The notes beneath the pieces are model-generated. The model had not been told where the DNA came from. It did not search any database and saw only the letters and a list, made by a program, of their open reading frames with translations. Shown piece by piece: positions 5,882 through 9,475 of a stretch of 9,475 nucleotides of DNA. The stretch's first letter is position 1. Every line of letters starts with the position of its first letter. The DNA is from Paramicrosporidium saccamoebae KSL3 (Eukaryota > Fungi > Cryptomycota), in the NCBI GenBank assembly GCA_002794465.1, contig MTSL01000081.1, forward strand, positions 12,088 to 21,562. Direction: 5' to 3'. The translations under genes were made by a program, and so were the position numbers.

Positions 5882-6616
5882 ATGTGGCTATCTCAGTTCT
5901 GTATCGCACTATCTCTGACATGCCTGTGTATTGTATCCTGTGATGACGAGTCCCAGGAAGAGAAACGGCTTCGTCGCTTAGAAACTTTGAAAAGCACTGC
6001 TAGCGAGCGCCACCGCGTCCATCGTGCGCCCAGTTTGTTCGAAAAACTGAAAGAACCCACCATCCAACTCAACCCCGAAACACTCTATGCTGCGCATCAA
6101 GGCAGGACTAGCTTTATTAAGAGCAATGACGTGGGCGGGATCGTGATGCGGGACGGTCGCATAGTTGTGGCGAGTTGCATCTTCCAAAATCAACGGGAAA
6201 AAGAGGGAATGGAACGGGGCAATAAGCTCATAGGATTTGTAAAGAAAGGAAAGGCACTGGGAGTGAGAGACGGCATTGCGGTAAGCATCTTTGCCGACGA
6301 CAAGTTGACCATCAACAGGTCTGGAGACCACTTTAAGGGATGCGTTATAAGATTACTGTCGGGGAGGGTGCGCTTTGATCTGATCAAAAAGGGCTTGAAA
6401 AAGTACGCAGTGGAGGAGGGCGATTATCTGCTATTGGGACCGGAGGAGGAGATGGACAAAATAATCCCCTCCTTGAATGAACTATGCTACAAAGGAAACA
6501 GCATCCAGAACGTTACCGAGACAATCCAGAAATGGGCAAATCCTAGACGCTACGAGTTGACCTTGCTCCTCCACATCGGCACACGCGAATCAGTGTCCTC
6601 CTCCGACAGTGCTTAG
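5882..6616 (+). CDS. Hypothetical protein with a predicted signal peptide, 244 aa
   Basis: Long ORF filling the gap between tRNA-Lys and the next gene. The first ATG is at 5882 and gives MWLSQFCIALSLTCLCIVSC followed by a charged segment (DDESQEEK). No family recognised. Confidence 0.7.
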   Translation: MWLSQFCIALSLTCLCIVSCDDESQEEKRLRRLETLKSTASERHRVHRAPSLFEKLKEPTIQLNPETLYAAHQGRTSFIKSNDVGGIVMRDGRIVVASCIFQNQREKEGMERGNKLIGFVKKGKALGVRDGIAVSIFADDKLTINRSGDHFKGCVIRLLSGRVRFDLIKKGLKKYAVEEGDYLLLGPEEEMDKIIPSLNELCYKGNSIQNVTETIQKWANPRRYELTLLLHIGTRESVSSSDSA

Positions 6617-6647
6617 ATGGAAAAGAATAGGGAAAATAATAAATTTG

Positions 6648-7877
6648 ATGAGTTCCGCTACGACTTCCCTTAAGGGAATGTTCGGACGTGTAGGGCAGCT
6701 CTTCCGCAAGCCAGAACTGCAGAAACACGCAAACACTGGCAGAAAGGTGCTGATGCGCCCAACGGTGCCCCCAACAACGCGCTGGACGACGGGACAGATT
6801 AGCGTGACGCCCGAGGACGGACAACGGAGATTGACAGACATGTTGTGTCGTCAATACGACGTCAGTCGAGCATTTGTGCATCGTCTACTTCGGGAAGGAA
6901 AGGTGACTGTAATGCGCGCCAGGCCGGTTGAGGCTCTTCCAGGAACGGATGTGGGGATTGCGGACCCTGCCATGGTCAAGACGTGGGCGCCGAGAGAGAA
7001 TATGCGGGTCATTGCCGGCGATCTAATTACCATGGCCGAAGTCATTCTCCCTCCCCGTACCAATATTGTTCTGCCAAAAAGCAATGTGTTAACAGAAAAG
7101 ACGATTGAGTATATGCGCAGTCTGGTGATCCACAAGGACGATCGACTGATTGTAATCAACAAACCCGCTGGCCTGGCGGTACATTCGGGACCAGGGAGTG
7201 CCACCCACATTGAGGGATGGTTGGGGGCTCTTCAGTACGATGCAGAAATTGCTCCGTTATTGGTCCATCGTCTTGATAAGGGAACCAGCGGCGTCCTTCT
7301 CCTGGCTCGCACAAGAGACGTCGCTGCAGATCTGGCAGCGCGGTTTCGCGAGTCGCATCTTGATGCGTCGGTGGAAAAGGTGTATTGGGCTCTAGTACGC
7401 GGAATGCCAGACAAGCGCAATATGGAGGGCGAAATTGTGACCAACATTTATCGTACCGCCAAGACTCCCAACGAGCGAATGACCAGTTTTGCTGATCGTC
7501 GCTCCGATCTGCTCGATGAGGGCAAGGTGGCTATTACTCGATATCGATGGATGCAATTGCATTTGAGACGCTCTCCGCGAGAAAAACTCAGTCTGATAGA
7601 GTTGCAGCCGCTGACGGGACGGACGCACCAACTGCGGGTGCACATGGCGGAGCAACTCAAACTGCCCATTTTTGGCGATTATCGCTACTTTCGCAATCAA
7701 CTGCCCAATCTCAAACTCCATCTGCACTGCTATCGCATCACTCTCAAGAATTGGAATGATGGGAAGCCACTGACTATCAAGGCCAGCATCCCGCGCCATT
7801 TTATAGAAACAATGCACGACCATCCCCTCAAATTGAACACAGTTCCTAAACACGCCCTTAAAAGAAGAGCCAAATAA
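6648..7877 (+). CDS. RluA/RluC/RluD-family RNA pseudouridine synthase with an S4-like domain, probably mitochondrial, 409 aa
   Basis: Motifs IVINKPAGLAVH, LVHRLDKGTSGVLLLAR (catalytic Asp), VEKVYWALVRG, GKVAITRYR and LQPLTGRTHQLRVHM..L..PIFGDYRY, then LHLHC. S4-like GQRRL..L......SRAFVHRLLREGKV. The first ATG is at 6648. The N-terminus is R/K/S/T-rich and poor in acidic residues. Confidence 0.95.
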   Translation: MSSATTSLKGMFGRVGQLFRKPELQKHANTGRKVLMRPTVPPTTRWTTGQISVTPEDGQRRLTDMLCRQYDVSRAFVHRLLREGKVTVMRARPVEALPGTDVGIADPAMVKTWAPRENMRVIAGDLITMAEVILPPRTNIVLPKSNVLTEKTIEYMRSLVIHKDDRLIVINKPAGLAVHSGPGSATHIEGWLGALQYDAEIAPLLVHRLDKGTSGVLLLARTRDVAADLAARFRESHLDASVEKVYWALVRGMPDKRNMEGEIVTNIYRTAKTPNERMTSFADRRSDLLDEGKVAITRYRWMQLHLRRSPREKLSLIELQPLTGRTHQLRVHMAEQLKLPIFGDYRYFRNQLPNLKLHLHCYRITLKNWNDGKPLTIKASIPRHFIETMHDHPLKLNTVPKHALKRRAK

Positions 7878-7941
7878 ATGATGACTAGCAGAAGTGGCTG
7901 TCAATAGAATAAACATTTCTGCATAGTTTATTGATTAATGT

Positions 7942-7960
7942 TCAGGGACAGAGTCCCTGA
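7942..7960. other. Perfect 8-bp hairpin downstream of the pseudouridine synthase gene
   Basis: TCAGGGAC-AGA-GTCCCTGA. Function not established. Confidence 0.5.
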
Positions 7961-8003
7961 TCCGTAGATTGGGCAAAAAACTGATTGACAAGCGAGTTGG
8001 TTT

Positions 8004-8370
8004 TGTTGGTGGGTGAGCATCATTTATTAAAGTATATGGCTTCTTTGTCGCGTAGTGGGGATAATACCACGGATTTTGTCAGGCGGGGAGAGACGAGATG
8101 GGACGAGAAGAGAATTTATTCAGTCGATTCAACGACCCATTTATAGTCACAAATAACATAACCCCCAAATGGTAAAGACCTCATTATCCTTCATCGATTG
8201 TTCTGATTATCCCTTCTCCAAACTAGGGAACTATTTCCAAAAGACATGCTAATCAGCCTTCTACGTCACATCTCTATAGGTAGCCATTCTTAATACAACC
8301 ACACTCGGCTGTGGGATCGCTATCTGGGTTGGACTCGCCAACAGTAAGTGGATGCTGTATAACAGGGCCT
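8004..8370 (+). repeat. Repeat family E1, copy C, interrupted by E2 at 8046-8270; right end uncertain (possibly about 8410)
   Basis: 8004-8045 (TGTTGGTGGG..TTTATTAAAGTATATGGC) matches the start of copy B. 8271-8370 (CTATAG..TAATACAACC..CTGTGGGA.CGCTATCTG..GGACTC..GGATGCTGT) matches 3298-3393. Confidence 0.85.
8046..8270 (+). mobile_element. Repeat family E2, complete 225-bp copy inserted in E1
   Basis: TGTCGCGTAG...CTACGTCACA, with 8 of 10 terminal bases complementary. Flanks TCTT (8042-8045) and TCTC (8271-8274). E1 copies A and B show the empty site with a single 4-mer. Confidence 0.8.
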
Positions 8371-8410
8371 GCTACTATGGGTTAGTGAAGTATTCGCACA
8401 GACATCAAAC

Positions 8411-9340
8411 TTTCCTGAAAAGGGATTTTTTCCTGAACGATTCGGGGCAATTTGACGTTGGTGTAAATACTTTATTGTCTATGGCGCGCACCCAGTAGGA
8501 TATCACAACAGGGTAGTTTACAACGAGAGCGGTCTTGAGGAAAGACTAAGCGCCATTCCCGAATACACATTGTGCGGCGGAAGTCAGCCGTATCACCGGT
8601 ATTGAATTGTCTTATGATGAAGCGCAAATTCCGTGGAAGGCGTCAAACTCTTTGAAGATTATACAGATATGTGTGAATATCCTCTTGGCGGCGGTACATT
8701 AGGATGGTCTTATGCGCCCCAAGGAAGCGTTGAAGGATAAACACCTTCCGGACACTCCATGAAATCAGTGCTGCTCTGCTGCGGGTGAAGCTATTCCAAT
8801 GAGGCTTCTTGATTTTGGAAGAGCGTCTGAACCGGTGGGGGCTCGTCAAATATCTCGAAAGGAAGATCTGTGTATTCAAGCATGGATACATTAACAGCCC
8901 AAGATAATGGAAACGCGTTCTTGTTCTGGGCGTTTGTGAGGACGATATCGAATTTGCGAGTGAAATGGGCTTTTTGAACCTTGTTCATGACTTTATTTCC
9001 ATCAAAGTCTTGGAAGTCGCTAGTGTCCCGGGTACTGTTGAGATTGTCACTTGAGAAGTTCGAAGCAGAGTATGATGATTCAACGTAAAACAACCATGGT
9101 TCTCTGTAACATCATAGGCAATCAATAAAGTATTGCTCCGGTGATAGTTCTTGCGTATTTTGTGTAAATGACAGGTGGGCCAACAATGCTCTAGTCTGTG
9201 TGTTCTTGCAAATGCTGTGCTTTGGTGTCTCCCTTCTTAATTAGATAGTGTATTGCAAGCTGCAAGTCGGCGCGGGTACAATAAACAAGGACACAGAGAA
9301 GTGACACTTTACCGGCCTTTTCCAAAGGCCCTCGCGTGTG
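8411..9340 (-). pseudogene. Unassigned, stop-interrupted region; possibly decayed coding or retroelement sequence
   Basis: No intact long ATG ORF. The best open stretch is 8791-9111 on the - strand. There is weak by-eye resemblance to copia RT/RNase H fragments, but the catalytic acidic residues are missing. Confidence 0.2.
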
Positions 9341-9418
9341 AGTTGTCTCGCTGCACCCTCAGGACCTCAGGCTGCCGCTCTAATGTAGTCACATTCGTAC
9401 GTCTTGCAACCATACTGG

Positions 9419-9475
9419 CGGGTCTGTTAAACGACCCACTAACTGAGAATAAGAGTTCCCTTCCCGTCCGACAAA
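9419..9475 (-). mobile_element. Probable internal part of a fourth E2 copy, whose 5' end lies beyond the right edge
   Basis: The - strand reads TTTGTCGGACGGGAAGGG, compared with TTTGTCAGGCGGGGAGAG at 8075-8092. CCCTTCCCGTC at 9458-9468 is identical to 8-18. GTCG.TT.AAC.GACCC is shared with 8123-8138. Confidence 0.55.

Noticed and set aside
813-7916. The many 60-175 aa ORFs overlapping the main genes (e.g. 934-1299, 2309-2716, 4180-4599, 6851-7210, 7392-7916)
   Set aside because: They are antisense or alternate-frame shadows of well-supported genes, with no recognisable motifs. Many start at TTG/GTG/CTG.
8411-8437. Direct repeat TTTCCTGAA x2 (8411-8419, 8429-8437), and a 7-bp hairpin GGCCTTT-TCC-AAAGGCC at 9314-9330
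   Set aside because: Both are short enough to arise by chance and have no supporting context.
8675-8766. + strand fragments LGGGTLGWSYAP and RTLHEI resembling an M43-type metalloprotease
   Set aside because: The fragments are in different frames, are surrounded by stops and lack the second His of HExxH. Likely chance.
1-9475. CRISPR array or prokaryotic operon/defence system
   Set aside because: There are no regularly spaced direct repeats. Spliceosomal introns, PTPA, NCS-1, a tRNA-Ile(AAT) and non-CCA tRNA ends show eukaryotic nuclear DNA.

Overview
Eukaryotic DNA from an extremely compact, intron-poor genome: 31-32 nt GT-AG introns, a tRNA-Ile with AAT anticodon, and intergenic gaps of -2 to 200 bp. 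It reads as fungal or basal-fungal; Rozellomycota-like is an inference. The core (618-7877) holds seven protein genes and two tandem tRNAs. The genes are a PP2A activator (PTPA/Rrd2 type), a 2W-hairpin plus C2H2 zinc-finger protein resembling Ies4/YY1, a three-exon NCS-1/frequenin, an MFSD6-type transporter, an O-fucosyltransferase-family protein, a secreted orphan and an RluA/C/D-type pseudouridine synthase. Most large non-coding gaps contain two families of short dispersed repeats. E1 (about 165 bp, TGTTG...CAAC ends) has 3 copies. E2 (about 190-225 bp, TGTCGCGTAG...CTACGTCACA ends, apparent 4-bp target duplication) has 4 copies, one nested inside E1 and one truncated at each window edge. 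About 0.9 kb at 8411-9340 remains unassigned. The most notable observations are the Ies4/YY1-like hybrid protein, the E1/E2 mini-element system, two divergent genes whose start codons overlap in one CATG, a probable dicistronic tRNA-Lys/tRNA-Ile, and a 25-nt micro-exon.
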